Positions 40,062 to 49,454 of a stretch of DNA of 64,000 nt are shown here, in pieces. Within the stretch, counting starts at the first letter, position 1. The number at the start of each line of letters is the position of its first letter. The translations under genes were made by a program, and so were the position numbers. Under the pieces are notes generated by a model. That model did not search any database and was not told the DNA's origin. It saw only the letters and a program-made list of their open reading frames with translations. The DNA lies in contig OZ241855.1 in assembly GCA_965202785.1 (NCBI GenBank), positions 512,001 through 576,000 of the forward strand, read 5' to 3'. The DNA is from Thermodesulfobacteriota bacterium (GTDB taxonomy: Bacteria; Desulfobacterota_D; UBA1144; Nemesobacterales; Nemesobacteraceae).

Positions 40062-41612
40062 TCACCGCTCTGTCTCCCAAAACGGGGCAATCCGCACGAG
40101 GCGTCTCCACTGCGGCTGCGCCGTGCGAAGGCACTTTCTAACCCGGGCCTGCGACCACTCCTGCGCTAGGCGGACCACCGAAGGATCGAGCCTCTCGGGC
40201 TTGACCGCCGCGAGTATGTGCCGCGCAACTATCGCGTCGTTTGTCTTTCCGAGGCTGTCCTGGAAGCGTCCCATGAGTTTCATGAAGGGCGGAACCCCGG
40301 GACCGCTCCAGAGCGAGTTGAAGAACTGCGTTGCGTAGCGGGCCTTTTTCCCCCGCTTTCTTATTTCGTGAAGGTCCTCGTCGGGAAGACGGGAAAGGGG
40401 CCTCGTATCTTCGAGAAAATAGCGCCATGTTTTCCTGAGCACGCTTCTGGCAAAAGGCTTCACGGGCTGGCTGAAAGTTCTTGAGCCGACCTCCCTCTCC
40501 ACAGACGCGATCCATCGCTCGAACTGGAGCAGAAGACGGGCGTAGCGGCGGCTCTCAAGACAGGCGGCCGCGTCCCCGACGGCACGGCGCCGCTCGGCGC
40601 GCGCGATGCGCCTAAGGCGCTCCATCGCTTCATCCTGCCCCGGCGCGGCGGAGGCTATTTTGGGAAGCGTCTCGCTTAAAAACACCTGCCAGTCGCGAGC
40701 CGGGGCCAGACGCTGCTGGAACCAGCGGAACTCCCCGTTAAAGGCTTTTCGCTTGTCATATGGAAGTATTCTCTTAAAAGCCCGAAGCGCCGCGCGCACG
40801 CGCCTCATAGCCACCCTCGTCTGGTGAACCCCCTCCGCCCTTCCCTCCAGGGTTGGAATCTCGTTTGCGAACATGTGCTCAAGCGCGCCCGAGATGATGG
40901 AATTAAACGCCTCTCCCACGCTCATCTCCTCTGTGAGAGTGACCTTCGGGGCCTTAAGCGGTCTTGGCCGAAGGGCCGGCCTTGCAAGCGCGTAGCCCCT
41001 CTGCGCCTTGGTAAGGTGGCCGAGGCGTATGTCGTAGGCCTCGCAGAGTTCAAGAGCCACGTCGAACATCCGTGCCGGGTCCCCCGAGAGCAGTTCGAAC
41101 TCCGCTTCGCAGATAGGTTCAGAAACGCGTCCCCGGGGTGTTTCAGCATGAATCACCCCCTGGTCCACCGCCAGCTCGAATTCGGCGCCCTTGGTCCTGA
41201 TGCGAACCGCTTCGCGCTCAAAGTCCGTGGTGAACACGGGGCCGAGACGCTTTTCGTAACGCCGGCGGGTGAGCTTGCGAGCGAGCGCGGGATCATCCAC
41301 GGCGCGCAGATTCGGACAGTCGCCGTTTACCGCCACGGTCCATTCGCGGAAATTCTGAAGGCCCGCGGGGCCTCGAAACGGCGCCTTTATGGTCTGCTCC
41401 CTTCCATTTCCGTTATCGCGTACCCGAAGCGCTATTTCGGATCTTCTGAGAGCGTGGCGCGGAGTGTCGAAATAGGTGCTCACGAGATGGCGCTTTGTGC
41501 GACGCCCCCTACGAAGGGACTTAAGCCCCTTGTAACGCAGAATCCGATTCGCCACGGCGGGCGAAAGGGACAGCTTGAGCTCCATTTCCTCGTACATGAC
41601 GTAAAAATTCAA
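40062..41612 (-). CDS. CYTH + CHAD domain protein (inorganic triphosphatase/polyP-binding)
   Basis: CYTH EMELK, STYFDTP, ALRVR, EAEFEL, TKAQRGY; CHAD VHQTRVAMRRVR, LHEIRKRGKKARY, QDSLGKTND. Confidence 0.9.
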   Translation of the reverse strand: MNFYVMYEEMELKLSLSPAVANRILRYKGLKSLRRGRRTKRHLVSTYFDTPRHALRRSEIALRVRDNGNGREQTIKAPFRGPAGLQNFREWTVAVNGDCPNLRAVDDPALARKLTRRRYEKRLGPVFTTDFEREAVRIRTKGAEFELAVDQGVIHAETPRGRVSEPICEAEFELLSGDPARMFDVALELCEAYDIRLGHLTKAQRGYALARPALRPRPLKAPKVTLTEEMSVGEAFNSIISGALEHMFANEIPTLEGRAEGVHQTRVAMRRVRAALRAFKRILPYDKRKAFNGEFRWFQQRLAPARDWQVFLSETLPKIASAAPGQDEAMERLRRIARAERRRAVGDAAACLESRRYARLLLQFERWIASVEREVGSRTFSQPVKPFARSVLRKTWRYFLEDTRPLSRLPDEDLHEIRKRGKKARYATQFFNSLWSGPGVPPFMKLMGRFQDSLGKTNDAIVARHILAAVKPERLDPSVVRLAQEWSQARVRKCLRTAQPQWRRLVRIAPFWETER

Positions 41613-41729
41613 CCACCCATTTACCGAAAAACAGAATGTTTATTTTACTTGATTAGGACTTGGTTGTCATTTCTCTCCGCTACTGGATGAAACCGGAGGA
41701 AGATGTATAATTTAACATCGTAACCCGCA

Positions 41730-44700
41730 ATGGCAGATTCCTTCGTTCACCTACACCTGCACTCGCAGTACTCGCTTCTTGACGGTTCGATAAAATTCGA
41801 CGAGCTGATCAAAAGAGCCGAGAACCACTCCATGCCCGCCGTCGCAGTAACCGACCACGGAAACCTCTTCGGCGCGTACGAGTTTTTCGAAAAAGCAAAG
41901 GCCCGCGGCGTAAAGCCCATAATAGGCTGCGAACTCTACGTGACTCCCACACTTAAGCTTGAAAAACCTTCCGACGGAAAAAACTACCACCTGACCGTGC
42001 TCTGCATGAACGAGCAGGGATACAGGAACCTCTCGAGGCTCGTTACGAGAGGTTACTTCGAGGGGTTTTACCGCCGCCCGCGGGTTGATCACGAGATGCT
42101 GTCTCAGCACAACGAGGGGCTCATAGTCCTCTCCGGGTGCATGAGCAGCGAACTCTCCCAGGCCATTTTCAAAAAGGATCTGAAGGAACAGGCAAGAATC
42201 GCTTCGATATACAAGGAGATATTCGGGGACCGCTACTATCTTGAAGTGCAGGCAATCGGCCTTGAAGAGCAGCGCAGGATAAACAGGGGGCTCAGGAGAA
42301 TCGGCGAAAAACTCGGCATAAAGCTCGCGGCGACCAACGACTGCCATTTTCTCACTAAGGAAGATTACAAGTCGCACGACGCGCTTCTGTGCATCCAGAC
42401 CGGAAGCATGGTGGCCGACCAAAAGAGAATGAGATTCCAAAGCGACGACTTCTTTGTGAAGACAAGGGAGGAGATGGCCAGGGACATGGAGGGGTTCGAG
42501 GAAGCGCTCGAGGAAGCGGTGAAAATCTCCGAGCGCTGCGACTTCGAGTTCAAAAACGACGGGTACAGGTTCCCGGAATACGTTCCTCCCGAGGGAAAGT
42601 CGCTTGACGAATTCATGCGCGAAATCTCAAGCAGAAATCTCGAGGAGATGCTCCGGGAAAACGAAATACCCCAAGAGTCTCACGAAACCTACCGCGAGCG
42701 GCTCCGCTCGGAACTCGACACCATCTGCAAGATGGGATTTTCCGCGTACTTCCTCGTGGTCTCCGACTTCATATTCCACGCAAAGAAAAACGATATCCCG
42801 GTTGGACCGGGGCGGGGAAGCGCCGCCGGGAGCCTGGTCGCCTACGCCCTCGGCATAACGGCCATCGACCCCATAAGGCATAACCTTATTTTCGAGAGGT
42901 TTCTTAATCCCGAGAGGATAAGCATGCCCGACATAGACGTCGATTTCTGCGGGGAGCACCGTGACGAGGTAATAAGATACGTCACGGAGAAATACGGGGC
43001 GGACAAGGTGGCCCAGATCGGCACCTTCGGAACCATGTCCTCGAAAGCCGTGATAAAGGACGTGGGAAGGGTGCTCGGGCTTCCTTACTCGGAAGTCGAC
43101 CGGCTCTCGAAGATGGTCCCCTCTTTCCGGGGAAAGGTGTTCAGCATAGAGGAGGCCGTAGCAAAGGTAAAGGAGATAAGGGATCAGCTTTCCGAGAACA
43201 AGGAGCTTGCCGAAGCGGTGGAGCTTGCGAGGTCGCTTGAGAACATGGTGCGGCATTCCTCCACCCATGCGGCGGGCGTAGTGATATCGAACGAGCCGCT
43301 TGCCGACTACATACCCCTTTACAGGGGAAGCAAAAACGAGATCGTAACCCAGTTCGACATGAACTCCATAGAGAAGCTCGGCTTCGTGAAATTCGACTTC
43401 CTCGGCCTAAAGACCCTCACCATACTGGACAAGGCGGTTAAGTACGTAAGGGAAAACCAGGCAGAAAATGAAAAGGAATTCGACCTTGACAGGGTCCCCC
43501 TTGACGACCCCAAGGTCTACGCCCTGCTTCGCGAAGGCGCGACCATGGGGATATTCCAGGTTGAATCCCAGGGAATGAAGGATCTTCTGGCGAAACTGCG
43601 GCCCGCAGAATTCGAGGACATAACGGCCGCCCTGGCGCTTTACCGCCCCGGCCCTCTTGACAGCGGCATGGCGGAGGAGTTCACCCGGAGAAAAAACGGG
43701 GGCGCAGTAGATTTCCCGCATCCCGCACTTCGGGAGATACTGGGAGGGACATACGGCCTCTTCGTTTATCAGGAGCAGATAATGCAGACCGCGAGCGAGC
43801 TTGCGGGCTTCACCATGGGGGAGGCGGATCTTCTTCGAAGGGCCATGGGCAAGAAGAAATCAAGCGAAATGAAGGCACAGCGCAAAAGATTCCTGACGGG
43901 AGCGAAGAAAAAGGGCCTCGACAGCAAAAAAGCCGCCGAGCTTTTCGATACCCTTGAGAAGTTCGCCGAATACTCCTTTAACAAGAGTCACAGCGCCGCC
44001 TACGCCATGATCACCTACCAGACAGCCTACCTAAAGGCGCACTACCCGGCTGAATTCATGGCGGCCTTCTTGTCCGTGGAAGCCCACAACGTGGACAAGG
44101 TGATCTCCGGCATAACCGAGTGCAGGAAACTCGGAATCGACGTTCTGCAGCCCGACATAAACCGAAGCTGCTCCGGGTTCACGGTGTCGGAAGGAAAGGT
44201 GCTGTTCGGATTCACCGCAATCAAATACGTCGGGGACGGCCTGACCGAGGAAATAGTCAGAAGCAGGGAAAAAGACGGGGCATTCGAATCTGTCTTCGAC
44301 TTCTGCGCCAGGGTGGATTCAAGAAAACTGAACAAAAAAGCGCTTGAAAGCCTGATAAGGGGGGGAGCTTTCGACTCCCTCGAACCCAACAGGGCGAAGC
44401 TTTTCGCTTCCCGGGAGCCCCTTCTGGGCTACAATGCGATGAAGCATCACGCGCCGGCAAACGGCCAAGGAATGCTGTTTGACCTTCCGAGTTCCGTGGC
44501 CGCCCCGACGCTTGAGGACACCGAGCGGTGGGATGACCGCACCAGGCTTGAGAATGAGCTTGACGTGCTCGGGTTTTTCATATCGTCTCACCCGCTTCGA
44601 AAGTATTCTTCCGAGCTTGAAAAACACAGCCGCCTTCACGACACCGAATCCATAAAGCAGGCAAGAGACGGCTCCGAGGTAAGAATCGCCGGGGTGGTGA

Positions 44701-45179
44701 GATCGTTCGAAACCAAAAACACCCGCAGGGGAACCGGTCTCATCGGCTACTTCACCCTGGAGGATCTGAACGGTTTCGTGGAGGCGATAGTGTTCAACGA
44801 CACCCTGCGCACGTCCAGTTCCCTTCTGGAACAGAAGATCGAGCCCGTAATAGTAAAGGGCAAGGTCGAGATCTCGGACGACAAGATACGTCTTCTCGCA
44901 AGCGGCATCTCCTCGCTCAGGGAAACCAGGACGAACTCCGCGGTCTGCATAAGCATCGCCCGCAAATCGGCAAACGAACAGAACATACTCAGCCTGAGGG
45001 AAATTCTCGAGAAATTCCCTGGAGACTCGACCGTTATAATCGACTTGAAGACCGATTGCTCAGAGGCGGTCTTGAGGGTCGGAAACTGCAAGGTCGACTT
45101 CGGGGACGAGCTGATAGAAAACGTCGAGGGGCTGCTCGGGGAAGGCGCAGTGACCCTCAGGGAAAGCTCATTCGCCTAG
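41730..45179 (+). CDS. dnaE: DNA polymerase III alpha subunit
   Basis: FVHLHLHSQYSLLDG, GPGRGSAAGSLV, FERFLNPERISMPDIDVDF, KFDFLGL, FNKSH. Confidence 0.98.
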   Translation: MADSFVHLHLHSQYSLLDGSIKFDELIKRAENHSMPAVAVTDHGNLFGAYEFFEKAKARGVKPIIGCELYVTPTLKLEKPSDGKNYHLTVLCMNEQGYRNLSRLVTRGYFEGFYRRPRVDHEMLSQHNEGLIVLSGCMSSELSQAIFKKDLKEQARIASIYKEIFGDRYYLEVQAIGLEEQRRINRGLRRIGEKLGIKLAATNDCHFLTKEDYKSHDALLCIQTGSMVADQKRMRFQSDDFFVKTREEMARDMEGFEEALEEAVKISERCDFEFKNDGYRFPEYVPPEGKSLDEFMREISSRNLEEMLRENEIPQESHETYRERLRSELDTICKMGFSAYFLVVSDFIFHAKKNDIPVGPGRGSAAGSLVAYALGITAIDPIRHNLIFERFLNPERISMPDIDVDFCGEHRDEVIRYVTEKYGADKVAQIGTFGTMSSKAVIKDVGRVLGLPYSEVDRLSKMVPSFRGKVFSIEEAVAKVKEIRDQLSENKELAEAVELARSLENMVRHSSTHAAGVVISNEPLADYIPLYRGSKNEIVTQFDMNSIEKLGFVKFDFLGLKTLTILDKAVKYVRENQAENEKEFDLDRVPLDDPKVYALLREGATMGIFQVESQGMKDLLAKLRPAEFEDITAALALYRPGPLDSGMAEEFTRRKNGGAVDFPHPALREILGGTYGLFVYQEQIMQTASELAGFTMGEADLLRRAMGKKKSSEMKAQRKRFLTGAKKKGLDSKKAAELFDTLEKFAEYSFNKSHSAAYAMITYQTAYLKAHYPAEFMAAFLSVEAHNVDKVISGITECRKLGIDVLQPDINRSCSGFTVSEGKVLFGFTAIKYVGDGLTEEIVRSREKDGAFESVFDFCARVDSRKLNKKALESLIRGGAFDSLEPNRAKLFASREPLLGYNAMKHHAPANGQGMLFDLPSSVAAPTLEDTERWDDRTRLENELDVLGFFISSHPLRKYSSELEKHSRLHDTESIKQARDGSEVRIAGVVRSFETKNTRRGTGLIGYFTLEDLNGFVEAIVFNDTLRTSSSLLEQKIEPVIVKGKVEISDDKIRLLASGISSLRETRTNSAVCISIARKSANEQNILSLREILEKFPGDSTVIIDLKTDCSEAVLRVGNCKVDFGDELIENVEGLLGEGAVTLRESSFA

Positions 45180-45455
45180 AAGCTCTATAAGCGCTTTTAA
45201 CTCCTCGGGGTCCTTCGTGATAACGAACACCTCCTGTACCGAAGTGCCGCTTCTCGCTATGAGCTTGGCCCCGCTTAGGGTGCTGTACTTGTAGCTCACC
45301 GCCAGGTTCTCCCCCGTGGCGCGGCCGACCTTTATCTCCCCGGGGATGATTCCCGTCACGTGGTCAAGGTCTGAGATGTTGTCCTCAAGAAAACGCCTCA
45401 GTCCCTTTATTATTGAATGTTCGGTTTTTATCTTGTTTTTTCTGTATTTCATCAT
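45168..45455 (-). CDS. DUF2103-like small protein
   Basis: KIKTEHSII.GL...IIPGEI...KLIARSGTSVQEVFVIT pattern. Confidence 0.65.
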   Translation of the reverse strand: MMKYRKNKIKTEHSIIKGLRRFLEDNISDLDHVTGIIPGEIKVGRATGENLAVSYKYSTLSGAKLIARSGTSVQEVFVITKDPEELKALIELLGE

Positions 45456-45581
45456 TCCTCGGAGAAATATTATACTTTTTTATAGGACCATGGGGTAATA
45501 CGCACTCGGGCGCAGGAATTTCTCGGGTTGCCCGGTTCTCCGTTAATATAATTCGTAACGAGACGCAGAGGATGCCGCGAG

Positions 45582-47057
45582 ATGAGGAAAATAAAGGACC
45601 TTCGCTTTGAGAACGCCTACGCGGAACTGCCACACGAGTTCTACCAGAAAAAAGATCCTGTTCCGTTTGAGAGCCCCCATATGGTGGCGTTTAACGAAAC
45701 CCTGGCGGCGGAACTTGGAATAGACCCGGACGAAAAACGAAACCCCCTTCTTGCCGAGTACCTCTGCGGGAAAAGGCCTCTTGCGGGCGCAGACTCTCTG
45801 GCTATGTACTACGCCGGGTGGCAGTTCGGGGTCTATAACCCGCACCTTGGAGACGGAAGGGCGCTTCTGCTCGGGCAGATAATCGACGAGCGCGACCGGA
45901 GATGGGATCTTCACCTCAAGGGATGCGGAGCGACCAGATTCTCAAGGGGCTTTGACGGAAGGGCCACGCTCAAGTCCTCCATAAGGGAGTACCTGGGAAG
46001 CGAGGCTCTCCACCATCTGGGAATTCCGTCCACGAGGGCTCTCTGCGTGGTGGGAAGCACGGAGAAAATCGAGAGGGAAACCCGAGAACCCGCCGCGATG
46101 ATGCTCCGGGTCGCGGAGACCCACGTGCGTTTCGGTTCGTTCGAAGGTTTTTACTACCGGGGCGAAGAAGACAGCATCCGGACACTTGCCAATTACGTAA
46201 TCGCCCGTCACTACCCCGAGATTTCGAGCGGAACGAAGGAAAGCTACGGGCTTTTTCTGCTCGCAACGGCAGAAAAAACGGCAATCACCGTCGCCAAGTG
46301 GCAGGCTTTCGGGTTTACCCACGGAGTAATGAACACCGACAACATGTCCATAACGGGTCTCACCCTTGATTACGGACCGTACGGATTTCTGGAGACGTTC
46401 GACAGGGATTACGTCTCTAACCACTCGGATCACTTCGGCAGGTACAGCTACGGAAACCAGTCCACGATCGCGCGTTGGAACCTTGAAAAATTCGCAAGAT
46501 GCCTGGAAGTCCTGGTGGACAAAGAGCAGACCGCCCGCGCAATTGAGACCTACAACAAGACGTTTTCTGAGACTTACAGAGATCTGATGCTGCGCAAGTT
46601 CGGCTTTGAGAAGGAAAAAAAAGAATCCCTTCGGTTTATTGAAAAAACCCTCGGGACGCTGGCCGAATCCGGAACGGACTACCATATCTTTCTTAGAAAC
46701 ATCTCTGACGTAAGCCGCGACGGTTCTTTTGAAGGAAATCCCTGGCTTGCGGAACTCTGCGCGGCCTCGGAGGAGTGGCGGCAGTGGATCTCAGAGTACG
46801 CCGGGGAGCTTCGGGAAAATTCGCTCCCTGACCGCGAAAGAAAGAAGCTGATGGATTCCGTCAATCCGAGGTATGTTTTGAGAAACCACATAATGGAGAC
46901 CGCGATAAGGGAAGCCCTTGAGCGGGAGGACTACTCGGAGATAGAAAAAGTAAGGAGGATATTCGAGAATCCCTTCTCGGAGCAGCCGGAGCATGAAAGC
47001 TACTCGGGCGCCTCTCCCGAGTGGGCCAAGAGCCTGGTTGTGAGCTGTCTTTCCTAG
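45582..47057 (+). CDS. selO: Protein adenylyltransferase SelO/YdiU
   Basis: YAGWQFG, LGDGRA, LKGCG, DGRATL, HGVMNTDNMS, DYGPYGF, NPRYVLRN, C-terminal VSCLS. Confidence 0.93.
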   Translation: MRKIKDLRFENAYAELPHEFYQKKDPVPFESPHMVAFNETLAAELGIDPDEKRNPLLAEYLCGKRPLAGADSLAMYYAGWQFGVYNPHLGDGRALLLGQIIDERDRRWDLHLKGCGATRFSRGFDGRATLKSSIREYLGSEALHHLGIPSTRALCVVGSTEKIERETREPAAMMLRVAETHVRFGSFEGFYYRGEEDSIRTLANYVIARHYPEISSGTKESYGLFLLATAEKTAITVAKWQAFGFTHGVMNTDNMSITGLTLDYGPYGFLETFDRDYVSNHSDHFGRYSYGNQSTIARWNLEKFARCLEVLVDKEQTARAIETYNKTFSETYRDLMLRKFGFEKEKKESLRFIEKTLGTLAESGTDYHIFLRNISDVSRDGSFEGNPWLAELCAASEEWRQWISEYAGELRENSLPDRERKKLMDSVNPRYVLRNHIMETAIREALEREDYSEIEKVRRIFENPFSEQPEHESYSGASPEWAKSLVVSCLS

Positions 47058-49183
47058 CCGGCAAGAAAGCTCGCGAGGATTTTTTTCACGCCGGAACCGA
47101 AAAAATCAACCGTAGCCACCGCCTTGTCTCCTTTCCCCTCAATCCGTTTAACGACCCCGGGACCAAAAGTCGGATGGGCAACCCTCTGTCCGGGTCTTAA
47201 GTTCCGATCGGCATCTTCTGATTCATATACGTTCTCTTCAGAAGGCGAGTTGGAATAACTACCGGAATCCCGGTCGGAGAGTTCTCTCTTTCGGGATTCG
47301 TAGATGACATGCTCGGGCGGAAGATTATCTAGGAAACCAGACCTTCGGGCATAGTACGTCCCGCCCGAAACAGTCCCTAAAGAAGCGTAACTCAGGCAGA
47401 GCAGTCGCTTGGCGCGGGTAACCGCGACATAGAAAAGCCTTCTCTCCTCCTCGAGGCCCCCAATGGTCTCCGCAGACCTTTTGTGCGGAAGAAGGTCCTC
47501 GTTTACTCCGACCACGAAGACTGCGGGGAACTCAAGCCCCTTGGCAGCGTGAATCGTCATGAGGGAGACCTTCTCCTCTCCGGAGTCCCCCCTGTCTTCA
47601 TCTGTCGCAAGCAAAACAAGATCGAGAAAATCAGAAAGAGTGATATCGTCCCACCCCTCGGCCGCATTTAAAAGCTCCCTTACGTTCTCCGCCCTCTGGT
47701 GGTCATCCCCCAGGTAATCAAGATAGGCAGTGCGCTCAAGAAGAGCCTTAATCACGCGCGCCACCGGCTGACTCTCCGCCGCCGAGCCAAGTTCCCTTAT
47801 GATGTCGAGGAAACCAGATAGCGCACGCAGAGCCTGTGGAGGCAGAAGATCTTGTTTCTGGCAGTACTCAGCCGCTTCAAAGAGGGCGAATCCACCGGCT
47901 TGAGATGCTTCACGAAGCTTCCGAAGCGTGACCCCTCCTATCTTTCTCGGAGGGACATTCACTATTCTCAGGAAGCTGACGTCGTCCCTCGGGTTCTGAA
48001 CCAGCCGCAGGTAGGCAATCACATCCTTTATCTCGGCCCTCTGGTAAAACCCGACTCCCGACACTATCCTGTAGGGGATTCTCGCGGCCCTGAGTCCCTC
48101 CTCGATCACCCTCGACTGAAAGTTGGCCCTGTAAAAAACCGCCATATCGCTCCACTTGAAGTCTCCGGATTCGACCAGACCCGAAATCCGCTCCGCGACA
48201 AAGCGGGCCTCGTCGGCATTGTCTAGGGCCTTGAATACAAGGGCTTTTTCTCCCTCGGGATTTTCAGTCCAGAGGGTCTTCTCCCTTCTCCCCACATTCT
48301 CCCTTATAACAGAGTTCGCAATGCCGAGTATGTTAGGTGTCGAACGGTAATTGCGCTCAAGCTTAACGACCCTCGCCCCCGGAAAATCCTTCTCGAAATT
48401 CAGAATATTGTTTATGTCGGCTCCCCTCCACCCGTAAATGGACTGGCCGTCATCTCCCACGACGAAAAGATTCAGGCGGCGTTGCGAGAGGGTCTTCGCG
48501 AAGCGGTACTGGGAAACGTTCGTGTCCTGGTACTCGTCTACGAGCACGTGAGAGAACCTGTTTTGGTAGCGGTCGCGAACCCCCTGGTTTTCAGAAAAAA
48601 GCCTGTTTGCAAAAAGAAGAAGGTCGTTAAACGTCACTGCGTTTCGCTTCACAAGTTCCTTTTTGTATAAATCATAAAGATCGCTAAGCCTGCGTCCGTA
48701 AAAATCGTCCTTGAAAGACACATCTCCCCGGTTCTCAAGGGCGTCAAATTCGGAAATCACCCCCTTGGGCGAAAAAAGGCTCTCCCCGTAGTCAAGTTCC
48801 TTCAAACAGCTTTTTAAAAGACTGAGCTGATCGTCCCGGTCGTAGACAACGAAATCCTTCGTGTAGCCCTCAAGAAAATCCGCCTCCATTTTGAGAATCC
48901 GAAGGCAGATCGAATGGAAGGTGCCGATCCATATACCGCTTGCCAGCTCACCCCCCAGATCCCTCGCTCTTTTTTTCATCTCCGCCGCAGCCTTGTTTGT
49001 GAAGGTCACGGCCAGAATCTCTCCGGGAGGAACGCAGAGGTCGTTTAGGAGGTAGGCGATCCGGTGGGCTATGACCCTGGTTTTTCCCGACCCCGGGCCT
49101 GCAAGCACAAGCAGCGGACCTTCTCCGTGGCTTACGGCCTCAATCTGGGAAGGGTTAAGTCCTTTAAGAGAGTTTTTCGGCAC
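47054..49183 (-). CDS. pcrA: UvrD/PcrA superfamily 1 DNA helicase
   Basis: LAGPGSGKT, TFTNKAA, VDEYQDTN, VGDDGQSIYGWRGA, NYRST, TIHAAKGLEF, EERRLFYVAVTRA. The start is moved to GTG 49183 because the ORF-track start overlaps the tRNA. Confidence 0.93.
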   Translation of the reverse strand: MPKNSLKGLNPSQIEAVSHGEGPLLVLAGPGSGKTRVIAHRIAYLLNDLCVPPGEILAVTFTNKAAAEMKKRARDLGGELASGIWIGTFHSICLRILKMEADFLEGYTKDFVVYDRDDQLSLLKSCLKELDYGESLFSPKGVISEFDALENRGDVSFKDDFYGRRLSDLYDLYKKELVKRNAVTFNDLLLFANRLFSENQGVRDRYQNRFSHVLVDEYQDTNVSQYRFAKTLSQRRLNLFVVGDDGQSIYGWRGADINNILNFEKDFPGARVVKLERNYRSTPNILGIANSVIRENVGRREKTLWTENPEGEKALVFKALDNADEARFVAERISGLVESGDFKWSDMAVFYRANFQSRVIEEGLRAARIPYRIVSGVGFYQRAEIKDVIAYLRLVQNPRDDVSFLRIVNVPPRKIGGVTLRKLREASQAGGFALFEAAEYCQKQDLLPPQALRALSGFLDIIRELGSAAESQPVARVIKALLERTAYLDYLGDDHQRAENVRELLNAAEGWDDITLSDFLDLVLLATDEDRGDSGEEKVSLMTIHAAKGLEFPAVFVVGVNEDLLPHKRSAETIGGLEEERRLFYVAVTRAKRLLCLSYASLGTVSGGTYYARRSGFLDNLPPEHVIYESRKRELSDRDSGSYSNSPSEENVYESEDADRNLRPGQRVAHPTFGPGVVKRIEGKGDKAVATVDFFGSGVKKILASFLAG

Positions 49184-49204
49184 GGGTTCTTCAACCGTTT
49201 TTTC

Positions 49205-49278
49205 TGGCTGGGGCGGGAGGACTCGAACCCCCACTACCGGGACCAAAACCCGGTGTCCTGCCGTTAGACGACGCCCCA
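49205..49278 (-). tRNA. tRNA-Gln(TTG)
   Basis: Minus strand reads TGGGGCGTCGTCTAACGGCAGGACACCGGGTT-TTG-GTCCCGGTAGTGGGGGTTCGAGTCCTCCCGCCCCAGCCA. Confidence 0.95.
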
Positions 49279-49454
49279 GTCGGGAAGAATCCTTATGTTA
49301 CCACATTCGCGCGACTGTTAAAGAGAAAACCCAAACCGCGGGCATGGGCTAGGATCAGATGGGTCGAGTCGCTGATATTCAACACGGATCAGCCAGAAAT
49401 GAATCGTTAAACGGCAACTTGGCGATAACCTGACTGCTGCCGCCGGAAAAAAAC

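Noticed and set aside
47040-47057. Possible selenocysteine at the SelO C-terminus
   Set aside because: The gene ends AGC TGT CTT TCC TAG; there is no in-frame TGA.
49184-49246. N-terminal extension of the helicase ORF (MVPVVGVRVLPPQP)
   Set aside because: This is the tRNA-Gln sequence read as codons; the true start is likely GTG 49183.
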